57,692 nt of DNA from a virus. Lineage: Duplodnaviria > Caudoviricetes. The notes beneath the pieces are model-generated. The model was not told the DNA's origin. It saw nothing but the letters and a program-made list of their open reading frames with translations, and searched no databases. The number at the start of each line of letters is the position of its first letter. Position 1 is the first letter of the stretch. Shown piece after piece: positions 44,270 through 54,966 of this stretch. The stretch covers positions 1 to 57,692 of the IMG/VR virus record IMGVR_UViG_3300049063_000008. One strand, 5' to 3'. Made by a program: the position numbers and the translations under genes.

Positions 44270-47200
44270 CTCTCGGGTCGAAGTTCTTACTCAGCCGGGT
44301 GCTACTGGCAACCAAACTATTAGCCTGCCCGCAGACTTTGATCCAAAAGCAGTTATCGCGTGGGTTGCACCACTAACTGCCGACGGTAGCATTGCGCACA
44401 TGAACTACGGTATGGGATTCGCTACTTACCGTGGTGGCGCTGTTCAACAAAGACATGCATACGTACATGGGGTAGATGCTGCTACTTCGGCTGCAAACTC
44501 TAGAGGCGGAGGAGCAGATGCACTCCTAAAGCTGCCCATTCCGACTACGGACAACGCAACAATTGATCTTGAGATTGATCTTGTTTCAATGCAAACAGGA
44601 GCAACCTCTCAGGTTGTTATCAATTGGGCAAACCTGCACACCACCGCGTCCATTCGCGTGTTCTTGTTAATTCTCGGTGGCGATGACATTACTGATGCCA
44701 ACGTAGATCAGTTAACAATTACCACCGCAGGAAGTACTCAGGACGAAACAGTTGCTGCTGGATTTGGGCAGCCTGATCTTATTTTCTTCTTAGGTCATGG
44801 TAATACTGATGGATCTGCACTAGGCAATGCTATGATATCGTTTGGTTGGGGCAAGAAGGGGCTAGACGGTAGAAGTATTGCATTTTCACAAACAGACGGC
44901 AATACAGCTTCTATTGTTGCAGCAGGACAGAGAGCTGATAGATGCTTCCAGATGATCGCTGTAGGTGGTGCATCATATGAAGCAATTTGTAAACTGTCTG
45001 CACCAGCTTCTTGGCCTACTGACGGCTTCCAGCTAACTTACGATGCTACTCCAGCTTTTCCTGATATTATGGGCTATCTTGCCCTAAAGGGCAATTTTCA
45101 AGTAGCCGAAGGTGCAAACGTTGCTCCTATTACCGGCGGTCTACCTGTTGTTCAAGACAACAACGTAGGTTTTGCACCAAAGGGTGCTATGCTCTTTGGC
45201 TGGAACCTTGTAGCCCAAACTACCATTAGAACAACTGACGCCGATCTTGTAAGTATTGGCGTTGGTGCCTACGATGGTACACAAGAAGCTTGGGCTGGAT
45301 TCACAGAAGATGATGCCCTAGGTACGATGGATTCCAATAGCCAGCAGACAACGGCTAAGGTAAATCGTAACTACGGCCCTAGTGCTGCTCTACAATCCGA
45401 AGCTGACGGTGTATTTACAGGCAATAACTTCCGTTTGTCTTGGAACGACATTGATACTGTTGCAAGAGAGTACCATTATCTTGTTCTCGGCAACGCTTCG
45501 GGCACTATCTATACTGATAGTAATACTGTCAGGCTTGCATTAACTCCGAGCAGTACTGAACAAGCCGATCTTGTAGACTCTTCTACGGTAACACTCACTC
45601 TAACGCCTAGCGGTACTGATACACAGAGCGGGCCTACTCAAGATGCTGGAACTGTAGCACTTAAACTGACTCCGAGCAGTACAGAGGTCTTTGAGCCAAT
45701 TGACAGTGGAACGGTCTATCTCAAACTAACGCCCGTTACAGAAGTTGAGGGCATCTACATCTTCATTGACGACTTTTCGTCAAACGATTGGAGTTTGTGG
45801 ACAACCAGCACTAGAGGCACAGGGCCAAACGGCCTATCAGTAGTCAACGGACGAGGCAAACTGTCAATTGCGGCAGGTTTTCCGAATGAAGCTGGTGGTA
45901 TTGCAGCGGCCTCTACGCATACCGATGCTGATATCGTATTTTCCTATCAGTGGGAAAATATCGTCACTAGTGGTACTGGTAGCTCATTCGGAGCAGAACT
46001 ACAAGTTTGGGGTAGAGCATCAGGTGATTGGGCAGCAGGTGGTGGAGCAGATGAACGTTGGGCCGATGACGGTTACACACATTACGTCTCTAACTTCTCG
46101 GATTCACCCGGTAGCGGTAAAAACCAGGTAGTCGTTAACCTACTGAACGGCGCAGTTACTCTAGTAGGCTTCGTAGACACTAACCCGCCCGTAGATACCA
46201 ATAAGCGGTGGGTTCGCTTTAGATTCCAAGGTAGTGCAATCAAGGTTAGAAGATGGGACGATGGTAGTGCAGAGCCTTCTACGTGGGATGCAGAATTTAC
46301 AGATACACTGGTAGGTGGCCCAGGCGTTTTACAGATCAACCTAGTTTCAGAAGCCACCAATCCAGACCCCGCAGTAGTCTATGTCGATAAGATTTGGGTC
46401 GAGAAGATTGCTACCTCTGTTGACTATGTTGACAGTAATACAGTAATCCTCAAGCTAACGCCTTTCTCAACAGATGTTTCTGATAAGGTTGATCTTGCAA
46501 CTGTACCCCTTACTCTTACGCCTTCGGGAACAGAACAAAGAGAGATCACTGATAGCAATACTGTTACGCTGGCACTTACGCCGAATGCTACTGAAACAAC
46601 TCAAAAACAATATACCGATGCCGCCACCGTAGTTCTTGCATTAACACCATCTGCCGCAGAACTAAGGGAAATCACAGATAGTGGTACAGTTCCCCTAAAG
46701 CTAACACCTTCGGCAACTGAACAACGAGAAATCACCGATTCTAATACAGTTCTCCTAAAACTGACACCATCGGGTGTCGATACTGCACAGTTTGTCGATG
46801 CTGCTACAGTTCGACTAACGCTAACTCCTTCGGGAGTTGACGAATACTTCGGTACGCAATCAGATACAGGAACGGTAAGACTTTCGCTAGCTCCATCCCC
46901 TGTGGAGGTTTTTGAAGCTCAGGACGCGGTTTCGGTCAAACTCAACCTAACACCGAGTACTAGTGAAAGCGCGGTATTTGTTGATAGTTCGACAGTACCG
47001 CTACGCTTTACGCCGTCCGGGTCTGATAGCTTTACTCCACTTGATATTGGAACCGTCTACGTTACTTTAACACCCTCGGGCCAATTCTCAAACACAGATG
47101 CAGAAACAGTATATCTCAAACTTACGCCACTCACCACCCTTGAACGGCTTGTTTTCTTTGATTCACTGCTTACGGCTACTGTCTCACGTAGATGGGGTGG

Positions 47201-47348
47201 CGCACTACAGGTTAGACGATGGAGCGGAGGTGCTACGAATAGATGGTTTGCCATGCTGGTGGTTAGAAGATGGGATGCTACCCTTGGAACAAGGCTTTGG
47301 TCGGGATCAGCTATTCGTAGATGGGCCGGAACACTAGGAAGGAAGTAA
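44259..47348 (+). CDS. Large repeat-containing virion fibre-like protein
   Basis: 16 DxxTVxLxLTP repeats, central lectin-like beta domain, C-terminal RRW repeats; TTG start. Confidence 0.7.
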   Translation: MAFNSRVEVLTQPGATGNQTISLPADFDPKAVIAWVAPLTADGSIAHMNYGMGFATYRGGAVQQRHAYVHGVDAATSAANSRGGGADALLKLPIPTTDNATIDLEIDLVSMQTGATSQVVINWANLHTTASIRVFLLILGGDDITDANVDQLTITTAGSTQDETVAAGFGQPDLIFFLGHGNTDGSALGNAMISFGWGKKGLDGRSIAFSQTDGNTASIVAAGQRADRCFQMIAVGGASYEAICKLSAPASWPTDGFQLTYDATPAFPDIMGYLALKGNFQVAEGANVAPITGGLPVVQDNNVGFAPKGAMLFGWNLVAQTTIRTTDADLVSIGVGAYDGTQEAWAGFTEDDALGTMDSNSQQTTAKVNRNYGPSAALQSEADGVFTGNNFRLSWNDIDTVAREYHYLVLGNASGTIYTDSNTVRLALTPSSTEQADLVDSSTVTLTLTPSGTDTQSGPTQDAGTVALKLTPSSTEVFEPIDSGTVYLKLTPVTEVEGIYIFIDDFSSNDWSLWTTSTRGTGPNGLSVVNGRGKLSIAAGFPNEAGGIAAASTHTDADIVFSYQWENIVTSGTGSSFGAELQVWGRASGDWAAGGGADERWADDGYTHYVSNFSDSPGSGKNQVVVNLLNGAVTLVGFVDTNPPVDTNKRWVRFRFQGSAIKVRRWDDGSAEPSTWDAEFTDTLVGGPGVLQINLVSEATNPDPAVVYVDKIWVEKIATSVDYVDSNTVILKLTPFSTDVSDKVDLATVPLTLTPSGTEQREITDSNTVTLALTPNATETTQKQYTDAATVVLALTPSAAELREITDSGTVPLKLTPSATEQREITDSNTVLLKLTPSGVDTAQFVDAATVRLTLTPSGVDEYFGTQSDTGTVRLSLAPSPVEVFEAQDAVSVKLNLTPSTSESAVFVDSSTVPLRFTPSGSDSFTPLDIGTVYVTLTPSGQFSNTDAETVYLKLTPLTTLERLVFFDSLLTATVSRRWGGALQVRRWSGGATNRWFAMLVVRRWDATLGTRLWSGSAIRRWAGTLGRK

Positions 47349-47352
47349 GATC

Positions 47353-47658
47353 ATGGCTATTGTACTCCCACAAGGAACGAAAGAATACATCGTAGTTGAT
47401 GTAGATGATGAGCTAGACGCAGTTAACAACCTTGCGCCAACTACCCCACAATTCAAGGTGCTGAACCCTGATCCTGATGATGGAGATAAGTTGGCCTGGG
47501 CAGCAGTTACCAATATCGACCTAATGAAGCTCTATTGCCTAGTAGATACCTCGGTAGGGCCATGGGCAGCAGGTACATACAGGCTCTTCGTTAGATTTAC
47601 ATCTGCACCCGAGCTTCCAGTTCTCGGTCCATTTGAATTTGAGGTAGAAGCACCATAG
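47353..47658 (+). CDS. Hypothetical beta-sandwich protein
   Basis: GTKEY...GTYRLFVRF...PE.PV. Confidence 0.65.
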   Translation: MAIVLPQGTKEYIVVDVDDELDAVNNLAPTTPQFKVLNPDPDDGDKLAWAAVTNIDLMKLYCLVDTSVGPWAAGTYRLFVRFTSAPELPVLGPFEFEVEAP

Positions 47659-47735
47659 AAGCTACAAGGCTTCCTGATGGTACTCGCCCCAGAAAACCGG
47701 GTGAGTACGCCTATATTCCCTATAAGGATAAATCA

Positions 47736-47945
47736 ATGTGGCCGGACAACTTCACAGGTGAAGGAGAATGGCACATTATTGATCCCACAGGTGGAATTGG
47801 CGCATTGGGCCGTACTACAACAGAGAAGCCTGCTGCTCATACCATAGAGATTCACGAAGATGGTAGCATTACCTGTTCTCCATCACTAGTTATGCCTAGT
47901 GGTTGGCATGGCTGGCTAATAAAGGGTGTACTCAGTGGAGCCTGA
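47736..47945 (+). CDS. Hypothetical protein
   Basis: HEDGSITCSPSL...WHGWL..G. Confidence 0.6.
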   Translation: MWPDNFTGEGEWHIIDPTGGIGALGRTTTEKPAAHTIEIHEDGSITCSPSLVMPSGWHGWLIKGVLSGA

Positions 47946-49326
47946 ACGCAAATTACGACTGTTCTCGGAAATGGGCTATACTCCTCATAGCCCAGAACAG
48001 TTAGCATGTCATCTTTCCCCAGCTAGATTCAAGATCCCCTGTTGCGGACGCCGTTGGGGTAAAACCACCTTCGGCGGCAATGAACTAACTACAGCAATGC
48101 TTGATATTGAGTTGCCAGATTCAATCTACTGGATCGTCGGCCCTAACTACAGTCTTGGCGAAAAGGAGTTCCGCATCCTTTATCGCAACTTGGTGCAGAA
48201 GCTAGGTCTAGGAAACAAGATCAAAAAGACCTATAACGTCAAGCAGGGCGATATGCGTATTGAAATGCCCTGGGGCACAATTTGCGAAGTCAAGTCTGCT
48301 GATCGCAAAGACGGTCTAATCGGTGAAGGTCTAGACGGTGTAGTAATGGCTGAGGCTGCTTCACACGATGTAGATACGTGGCAGATGTACGTAGAGCCTG
48401 CTCTAACAGATAAACTAGGTTGGGCAATCTTTCCTAGTACCCCGCGTGGCTATAACTGGTATCAGGGTCTATGGATGATGGGACAACTTCCAGACTTTCC
48501 CGAATATGAGAGTTGGCGTCTACCAACATGGTCTAACGCAGCAATGTATCCAGGTGGTCTAGAGAATCCTGAGATTGTTAGATTGAAGAGAACAACGCCT
48601 GAGATTACTTGGCTACAGGAGTATGCTGCTGAGTTTACAGCCTACGAGGGTAAAATCTACACTGAGTTCAATCCGAAGGTTCATGTTGAAGAGTTTGAGT
48701 ACAACCCTGCATACCGTAACTATCTAGCATTCGACTACGGCTTTGCAGATCCTTTCGTCTGCCTTGATATTATGGTCGATGCTATGGATAACGTCTACGT
48801 TTGGCGAGAGTACCAAGTAACGTCAATGAGTACCTGGGAACACGGTCGTGTTATCCGTAACCGAACGAATCCCGAAGGTTATCACATTGACGGGATGTTT
48901 GGTGATCCTCGCGGGCCGGACGAAGCTGCGACTCTTGCAATGGTCCTCGGCCCTGTGGTTAGTGAGCCTGTTGGGTGGAAGTTGGGAATTGAGGCTGTTA
49001 AGTCGAAGATGATGATTCAGCCCGATGGTTCTACTAAGTTCAAAGTGCATCCTAGGTGTAAAGACCTGATTAGACAGTTGGAACGCTTGCACTTTAGGGA
49101 GAGTAAGAATGATAAGAACAATCAGACAGCGAGGGGACTAGAACAACAGCACGACTTTGACGATCATGGTCCAGATGCATTAAGGTACTTCTTTAATCAT
49201 ATGTTCGTTCTTGGTACAGGGCCACGCCTTAGCGACATCTATAGTGCCGCTGATCGCAGGAGTGAGGCATACGATTTCTTTACCCAAAATGAGCCAATTA
49301 CGAGGGATGTAGCAAATTGGGGCTAA
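47926..49326 (+). CDS. terL: Terminase large subunit
   Basis: CGRRWGKT Walker A, STPRGYNW, QEYAAEF, FDYGFADP, DDHGPDALRY; start may be GTG 47935. Confidence 0.93.
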   Translation: MYSVEPERKLRLFSEMGYTPHSPEQLACHLSPARFKIPCCGRRWGKTTFGGNELTTAMLDIELPDSIYWIVGPNYSLGEKEFRILYRNLVQKLGLGNKIKKTYNVKQGDMRIEMPWGTICEVKSADRKDGLIGEGLDGVVMAEAASHDVDTWQMYVEPALTDKLGWAIFPSTPRGYNWYQGLWMMGQLPDFPEYESWRLPTWSNAAMYPGGLENPEIVRLKRTTPEITWLQEYAAEFTAYEGKIYTEFNPKVHVEEFEYNPAYRNYLAFDYGFADPFVCLDIMVDAMDNVYVWREYQVTSMSTWEHGRVIRNRTNPEGYHIDGMFGDPRGPDEAATLAMVLGPVVSEPVGWKLGIEAVKSKMMIQPDGSTKFKVHPRCKDLIRQLERLHFRESKNDKNNQTARGLEQQHDFDDHGPDALRYFFNHMFVLGTGPRLSDIYSAADRRSEAYDFFTQNEPITRDVANWG

Positions 49327-50822
49327 GAGAAACATTCGGGCTTAGTCAAGGAAGAGTCCCTTTTGCGGACTATGAGACTATTCGGGCACTTGCCGATGAT
49401 CTTGGCATTGCTATGGCAGACCCCGATCCTCGTAGACGAGAAACAGGCACCAGTTATAGCACTAAGGACAAAGGTGCTATTCCTGTAGACCAGGGCGCTT
49501 TGATCGAGCAAGGCTCTGGTCGTACTCCTGCTCTAAGAGACGTAGTTCCGGCTCTTGCAAACAGGACGCAGGCTCTCAAGACTTATGATCTAATGGCAAG
49601 TAATGATGCTGCGTGTGATGTTTCACTTCGCGCAGGTAAAATGCCAATCGTAGGTGCCGACTTCTTTGTAGAACCCTGGGACAGTAAGCCTGAAAACAGG
49701 GTTATTCAAGAGTTCGTAGACTTCAATATTCTCTGTTCTCAGACTTCTCCCTTCCTCAACGTACTAAATGACCTACTCCGCATGATGGAGCATGGTTTTG
49801 AGGTAGGAGAGAAAGTCTTTGAAGAACGAGAATGGGCAAGTAGTGGTGGGGCTAACCGCAGAGTATACACCATGTTAAGGAAGATCGCTCCGCGTCTAGC
49901 CACTACGATCAAAGACTTTGAATACGACGACAATGGTGGCCCTGTGGGGGTTATCCATAACGCAATCCGCGCCGATGGTAAGCCAGAAGAAGTGAAGATC
50001 CCTGTTAGCAAGCTTATCATCGGTACGCACAATAAGCGTGGTGGCAACCTAGAGGGTAAGTCCCTCTTCCGCACAGCTTATAAGCATTGGTACTTCAAGG
50101 ATCAGCTTTACAAGATTGACGGTATTCAGAAGGAACGTCATGGTATGGGCTATCCGATCGTAGAACTACCGCCCACAGCCAATACTGCTGATATCCAGTC
50201 GGCCCTCACTCTTGTTAATAACATCAGAACGAATGAAAAAGCAGGTGCAGTACTTCCTGCTGGTTGGGTACTGCGATTTGCAGATATGCCTGGTCAGCCA
50301 GTAGACGTCATGCGTTCCATTGAACACCACAATGGAATGATTATGATGAACGTTATGGTTCAGTTCCTTCTTATGGGAATTTCAGAAGGTGGAGGTAGAG
50401 CAACAGCAGGATCACATCAGGACATGTTCACAAAGAGCTTGCGCTACATGGCAAACCTCATCTGTGATATGTTCAACCTGTTTGTGATTCCTCAGCTTGT
50501 AGCCTACAACTTCGCAACAGACCAATTCCCGCAACTGAAAGTAAGGAACATTGGAGAAACGAAGGATCTTCAACAGTGGGCCTCAGCACTCGCTAACCTT
50601 GCCGCACAGAATCTTATCACACTTGACATCGAAACAGAAAATTGGGTTCGCTCAAAGATTGACTCTCCGCTCAAGTTGGGTACGAGACAAACACCTGAGA
50701 ATAACGCAAGCGCCACAGGTAAGGGACAAGCCGAAGGTAGTAGTGAGAAGAAGGGCGATGTAGAAGCTGGTAAAGGTGATGCTGGTAACACAGGAGCGCC
50801 TACAGATGATAGTGATACATAA
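49317..50822 (+). CDS. Portal protein (DUF935/Mu gp29-like)
   Basis: Follows TerL; GFEVGEKV, GKSLFRTAYKHWYFK, ERHGMG.P, IPQLVAYNF. Confidence 0.88.
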   Translation: MGLRETFGLSQGRVPFADYETIRALADDLGIAMADPDPRRRETGTSYSTKDKGAIPVDQGALIEQGSGRTPALRDVVPALANRTQALKTYDLMASNDAACDVSLRAGKMPIVGADFFVEPWDSKPENRVIQEFVDFNILCSQTSPFLNVLNDLLRMMEHGFEVGEKVFEEREWASSGGANRRVYTMLRKIAPRLATTIKDFEYDDNGGPVGVIHNAIRADGKPEEVKIPVSKLIIGTHNKRGGNLEGKSLFRTAYKHWYFKDQLYKIDGIQKERHGMGYPIVELPPTANTADIQSALTLVNNIRTNEKAGAVLPAGWVLRFADMPGQPVDVMRSIEHHNGMIMMNVMVQFLLMGISEGGGRATAGSHQDMFTKSLRYMANLICDMFNLFVIPQLVAYNFATDQFPQLKVRNIGETKDLQQWASALANLAAQNLITLDIETENWVRSKIDSPLKLGTRQTPENNASATGKGQAEGSSEKKGDVEAGKGDAGNTGAPTDDSDT

Positions 50823-51026
50823 ATGCTAATTACATTCAACAACGAGAAGTTCTATAGCGAAGATACAGTACGCGCTATGTTAAGGGCCGCAGATCCCTTT
50901 AGCGATGTAGAACTCATCATTGCGGAGCATACACCCAAATTGAATCTAAGTGGCCTTCGCCCCGAACAGGAAAAAGTTGCTCAGGGTATGGTTCTGGCTA
51001 ATTCTCAATTTACGGTTAGCGCATGA
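50823..51026 (+). CDS. Hypothetical protein
   Basis: Coupled ORF. Confidence 0.5.
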   Translation: MLITFNNEKFYSEDTVRAMLRAADPFSDVELIIAEHTPKLNLSGLRPEQEKVAQGMVLANSQFTVSA

Positions 51027-52693
51027 AAGACTACGGACAGATCGTAAGTAAGCTTCAAGATACGCCTTGGCTCATTACAGAAGGTGGCCTGCGAACGATC
51101 CTACAAATCGTAGAGAGTCATCTAAGTGGCAGCCTTTCAATTGAAGAGATTAGGGCCAAGACCGCCAATGGCGAACGCAATAGAGGTAGTATTCCTTCAC
51201 AGCAAGGTAGTGTTGGAGTTCTTCCTTTACATGGCCCTATTTTCCCTCGCGCCAACCTAATGACAGAACTATCAGGTGCGACGTCTATGGAGCAGTGGTC
51301 GCAGGACTTCCGCGCATTGCTCAATAATGACCGCGTTGATAGCATCTTGCTAGATGTCGATAGTCCTGGTGGTTCAGCTTCAATGATCGAAGAAATGGCT
51401 AACGAGATTTTTGCGGCAAGAGACGTTAAGCCAGTCTATTCGGTTGCTAACGGTATGGCTGCAAGTGCGGCGTACTATCTAGCAAGTCAGGCTTCGGAAA
51501 TGTACGTTACAGATAGCGGCATCGTAGGCTCAATTGGTACGTACATGGTGCATACTGATATGAGCGAACTAAAGGAGAAGGCAGGAGTTACTGAAACGGT
51601 CATTAAGGAAGGTCGTTTCAAGGCTGCTCTAATTGAGCCACTTACTGCTGAAAGCCATGCCCATCTACAGGGGATGGTTACACAGTTTAACGACATGTTC
51701 CTGCAAGCTGTTGCAAGAGGCAGAGGAACTACCGTAGAAGATGTTGTTGCAAATTACGGAGAAGGAGGCGTAGTTAGCGCGAAACAGGCTCTTGAATCAA
51801 ACATGGTTGACGGCATTCGCACTTACGATGAAATTCTAAGTGCAATGTTAGATGGTGGTGGCACAGTTACAGAAACTAAGTCAAACGGAGGTTCAGGATT
51901 TAGCCTTCGCGCTAGTCTCGATAAAGAGAAAGAGCACTCGGAGCCAGGTACAGGTGTAGGTGGCGAACCTGTATACACTCCACAGCCTGATGAACAAGAA
52001 GATAAATTCAAGAAAGGCGAGCGATTACAAAGACCACCGAATATTCCGGAGTTGGAGGATAAGGCAATGGATCGTAATTTCCTAGAAGCACAGGCTACGA
52101 AGCTAGGGATTGATTTCAAGGATCTTAGCGACACTGATCTTGCCACCAAGATCAATGAGACTCTTGACGCCAAGCTAGAGCTAGTTTCAGAACTTGAAGT
52201 AGCAACAAAGGAAGCACAGAAGAAGGTAGCTTTCGCAGAAGCATATCCAGAAGAGGCAGCTAGACTTGCAAAGCTAGAGGCAGGAGAGCATCTACATGAA
52301 GCTACATCTTTTGCCAACCGTCTTGCAGACTTTAAGGTTACCGAAGGAGAAGGTGAAGATGCAAGAGAGACAAGCTTCCGTCTCTCTTCACTTGCCCAGG
52401 AGGAAGTCAAGCAGGCGCACGTAAAGCTGTCTCAAGGTAATCTAGTACATGCTGATCTAGAGACACTAATCAAGACAGTTGCAACTGGTGGTGTTGAACA
52501 GGGTGAGCGTGGTTCTTCGCGCGAGAACGAAGATAACGACATCGTAATTCCTGCGAAGCGCAAGGACATTCGGCAGAAGTACGCAGATACGGTGGCACAG
52601 CTAATGACCGAAGATAAGCTAGATCGTAAAACTGCTATTCAGGAAGTTGCCAAGCGGCATCCTGAACTAGCCGAAGCGTACGTAACGTCATAA
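51023..52693 (+). CDS. S49 prohead protease fused to scaffold
   Basis: LDVDSPGG, MAASAAYYLAS, GSIG, GRFK; acidic coiled-coil C-terminal half. Confidence 0.9.
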   Translation: MKDYGQIVSKLQDTPWLITEGGLRTILQIVESHLSGSLSIEEIRAKTANGERNRGSIPSQQGSVGVLPLHGPIFPRANLMTELSGATSMEQWSQDFRALLNNDRVDSILLDVDSPGGSASMIEEMANEIFAARDVKPVYSVANGMAASAAYYLASQASEMYVTDSGIVGSIGTYMVHTDMSELKEKAGVTETVIKEGRFKAALIEPLTAESHAHLQGMVTQFNDMFLQAVARGRGTTVEDVVANYGEGGVVSAKQALESNMVDGIRTYDEILSAMLDGGGTVTETKSNGGSGFSLRASLDKEKEHSEPGTGVGGEPVYTPQPDEQEDKFKKGERLQRPPNIPELEDKAMDRNFLEAQATKLGIDFKDLSDTDLATKINETLDAKLELVSELEVATKEAQKKVAFAEAYPEEAARLAKLEAGEHLHEATSFANRLADFKVTEGEGEDARETSFRLSSLAQEEVKQAHVKLSQGNLVHADLETLIKTVATGGVEQGERGSSRENEDNDIVIPAKRKDIRQKYADTVAQLMTEDKLDRKTAIQEVAKRHPELAEAYVTS

Positions 52694-52710
52694 GGGGGTG
52701 ACAGCTAAAC

Positions 52711-53094
52711 ATGGCAACTGGTAACTTTATTCAGGACAAGGGGTACGACGCTGCGGTTGCAATTACGAAGTTCCGCGCAGTTAAGTTCTCCGCAGAAGAA
52801 GTTGTTACTCCCGTAACAGCCGCAACAGATGTTGCATGTGGTGTAGCACAGGTTGGAGTAACTGCTGCTGAAATTCTAAAGGGTAAGGGTGTTCTAGTAC
52901 GACGCATGGGTGCAACAGAAATGGAATGTTCGGCTGCAATTGCAGTAGGGCAGCTTGTTTCAATGGCTGCTGACGGACGTTGTAAGCCTGCTGTTGCAAC
53001 AGAACGTGTAATTGGCGTGTGTGATGAAGCTACTGCTGCTGCTGGTGAGCGAGCAAGAGTCACACTTAACCTACCTGGCAACATTCTAGCATAA
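52711..53094 (+). CDS. Capsid cement/decoration protein
   Basis: Small Ala/Gly/Val-rich protein between protease and capsid. Confidence 0.75.
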   Translation: MATGNFIQDKGYDAAVAITKFRAVKFSAEEVVTPVTAATDVACGVAQVGVTAAEILKGKGVLVRRMGATEMECSAAIAVGQLVSMAADGRCKPAVATERVIGVCDEATAAAGERARVTLNLPGNILA

Positions 53095-53114
53095 GAGGGG
53101 GTGAATGACTAACA

Positions 53115-54113
53115 ATGTATGATCCCGGTACACTATACAGTGACCCGCTACTAACCAGTTTCTCCATTGGTTATCGACCACAGAATCTTCATGGTCAGCG
53201 GCTCATGCCGTTTGTCGAAGTAACTTCACCCTCTGGACGTTATCGTGTATTCGATCGTTCACACTGGTTGATGCATCCTGATCTTCGTGTTCCTGGCGCA
53301 GTTGCCAACGAAATCAGTGGCCGTAAGTGGAGCGAAGATACATACAAGACCAAGGAGCATTCGCTACAGGCTCCTGTCTACGATGAAGAGGATCAGTTCC
53401 TTAATTCGCAGGGTGGTCTTGCAAACGATGCATTCGGCGGGCCAATTCAGATTGACCCGATGGAAGATGCAACAGAAGCAGTTACTACTTCTATTCTGCT
53501 TCGGCATGAGAAGCTAGTAGCTGACACTGTACGCAACACTGCACTTTATCCTGTGGGCAACACCATTACTCTAGGTGCTGCCGATCAGTGGGATAACTAC
53601 GCAGGTGCAACTTCCAATCCGATTGACGTTCTTCGTGCAGCAGTAGCAAAGATCACTGGTCTAATTGGTGTTCCGCCTAACCGCATGGCACTTCCGCGCA
53701 TGGCTGCACCTTGGCTAGAAAACCATCCCGACATCGTAGCTCGTTTCATTAACTTCTCTCTACTCGATGCAGAAGCATGGCGCAAACTAATCGGGTTTGA
53801 GGGTGAAATCGTACTAGTCGATTCAAAGTACAACGCTGCTGACAACATCGACGCTGCCGAGGTAATTACCGATCTATGGGGTAAGGACGTTTGGCTCGGC
53901 TATGTCGAAGATGAACCTAACCTAGAAACGCTAACCTTCGGTAAGACGTTTGCAGTACGTTATCCCGATGGTACTATCGGCCCTGTCGATAGGTGGCGTG
54001 AAGAAGGCCGCAAGTCAGACCTAGTACGCAAGTCAATGAGATACGATGCTAAGGTAACATCGGGCATCGCTGGTTACATCATCAAGACGGCGTTTAGCGC
54101 CACGGCCTGGTAG
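53115..54113 (+). CDS. Major capsid protein
   Basis: DPLLT..SIGY start, 332 aa, position, GGGGTGA RBS. Confidence 0.88.
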   Translation: MYDPGTLYSDPLLTSFSIGYRPQNLHGQRLMPFVEVTSPSGRYRVFDRSHWLMHPDLRVPGAVANEISGRKWSEDTYKTKEHSLQAPVYDEEDQFLNSQGGLANDAFGGPIQIDPMEDATEAVTTSILLRHEKLVADTVRNTALYPVGNTITLGAADQWDNYAGATSNPIDVLRAAVAKITGLIGVPPNRMALPRMAAPWLENHPDIVARFINFSLLDAEAWRKLIGFEGEIVLVDSKYNAADNIDAAEVITDLWGKDVWLGYVEDEPNLETLTFGKTFAVRYPDGTIGPVDRWREEGRKSDLVRKSMRYDAKVTSGIAGYIIKTAFSATAW

Positions 54114-54130
54114 AAAGGAGGATAAAGATA

Positions 54131-54523
54131 ATGGCTGAAACAAAGAGTTGGTGGCTTTGGTCGAATTATCAAAACAGCGGCGAAACCGACACAGTACGTA
54201 CGCCGAACGGTGGTGAGCGTAATGTCGTCCTAAGTCGCAATGTCCTCCCGGCCGGGACGAAGGTAACAAAGTCACAGCTAGAAGTAGATGATGCTGGTTG
54301 GGATGCACTTGTTGAAGGGGGCGTTGTTCGCAACTATCCATTCCCCGACGATATTCCTGCCGGTTCTACTGATAGCCCGGTTGTTCATCTACAGAAGAAG
54401 CTAGCAGCAGCAGCACAGTCAGAGGAAGAGAGACTCGTTGCAGAAGTACAGGGTGTTGTAACGAGTGAGGAAGGTCTAACTGAGGCTGTAGCTGAGGTAG
54501 ATGGAGAAGAGAAGAAGAAGTAG
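54131..54523 (+). CDS. Hypothetical head-associated protein
   Basis: AAGGAG RBS. Confidence 0.65.
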   Translation: MAETKSWWLWSNYQNSGETDTVRTPNGGERNVVLSRNVLPAGTKVTKSQLEVDDAGWDALVEGGVVRNYPFPDDIPAGSTDSPVVHLQKKLAAAAQSEEERLVAEVQGVVTSEEGLTEAVAEVDGEEKKK

Positions 54524-54966
54524 TGGCTAACTCACTCGTACACGATAGCGACATTCAGGTACATCTACCAATCGACAAGTTCGATCTGGCAGATTTGCCC
54601 GATGATCTAGCAAAGGTCAAACTTGATATTGAACGAGTTATCAAGGGTCGCCTATCGGGTACGTTTGCGCCACTAACACTTGCTGGCTGGACGTCTCCCA
54701 ATAGCACACCTGAGTACATTCGTGCTATTGGGGGTCGTCTAGCAGCAGCACTGCTTTACAGGCTTCGTCTTGCACAAGATGATCCGGACGATATTGACTA
54801 CGCACGACGTAAGTATCGTGAAGCAATGGACATGCTGGAAATGGTAGCAACGGGTGCAGTTACGCTTGTAGAAGTAGCAGAGGTTGTAGATACAGGTAGA
54901 CATCTAAGCGACGGTCATTTCAATACGCTGCCCGAACCAGTATTCACGATGGACTCACAGTTTTGA
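54523..54966 (+). CDS. Head-tail adaptor (Mu gp36-like)
   Basis: PL...TPE.I...LAA..LY...Y..AM..LE.V..G.V.L. Confidence 0.7.
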   Translation: MANSLVHDSDIQVHLPIDKFDLADLPDDLAKVKLDIERVIKGRLSGTFAPLTLAGWTSPNSTPEYIRAIGGRLAAALLYRLRLAQDDPDDIDYARRKYREAMDMLEMVATGAVTLVEVAEVVDTGRHLSDGHFNTLPEPVFTMDSQF

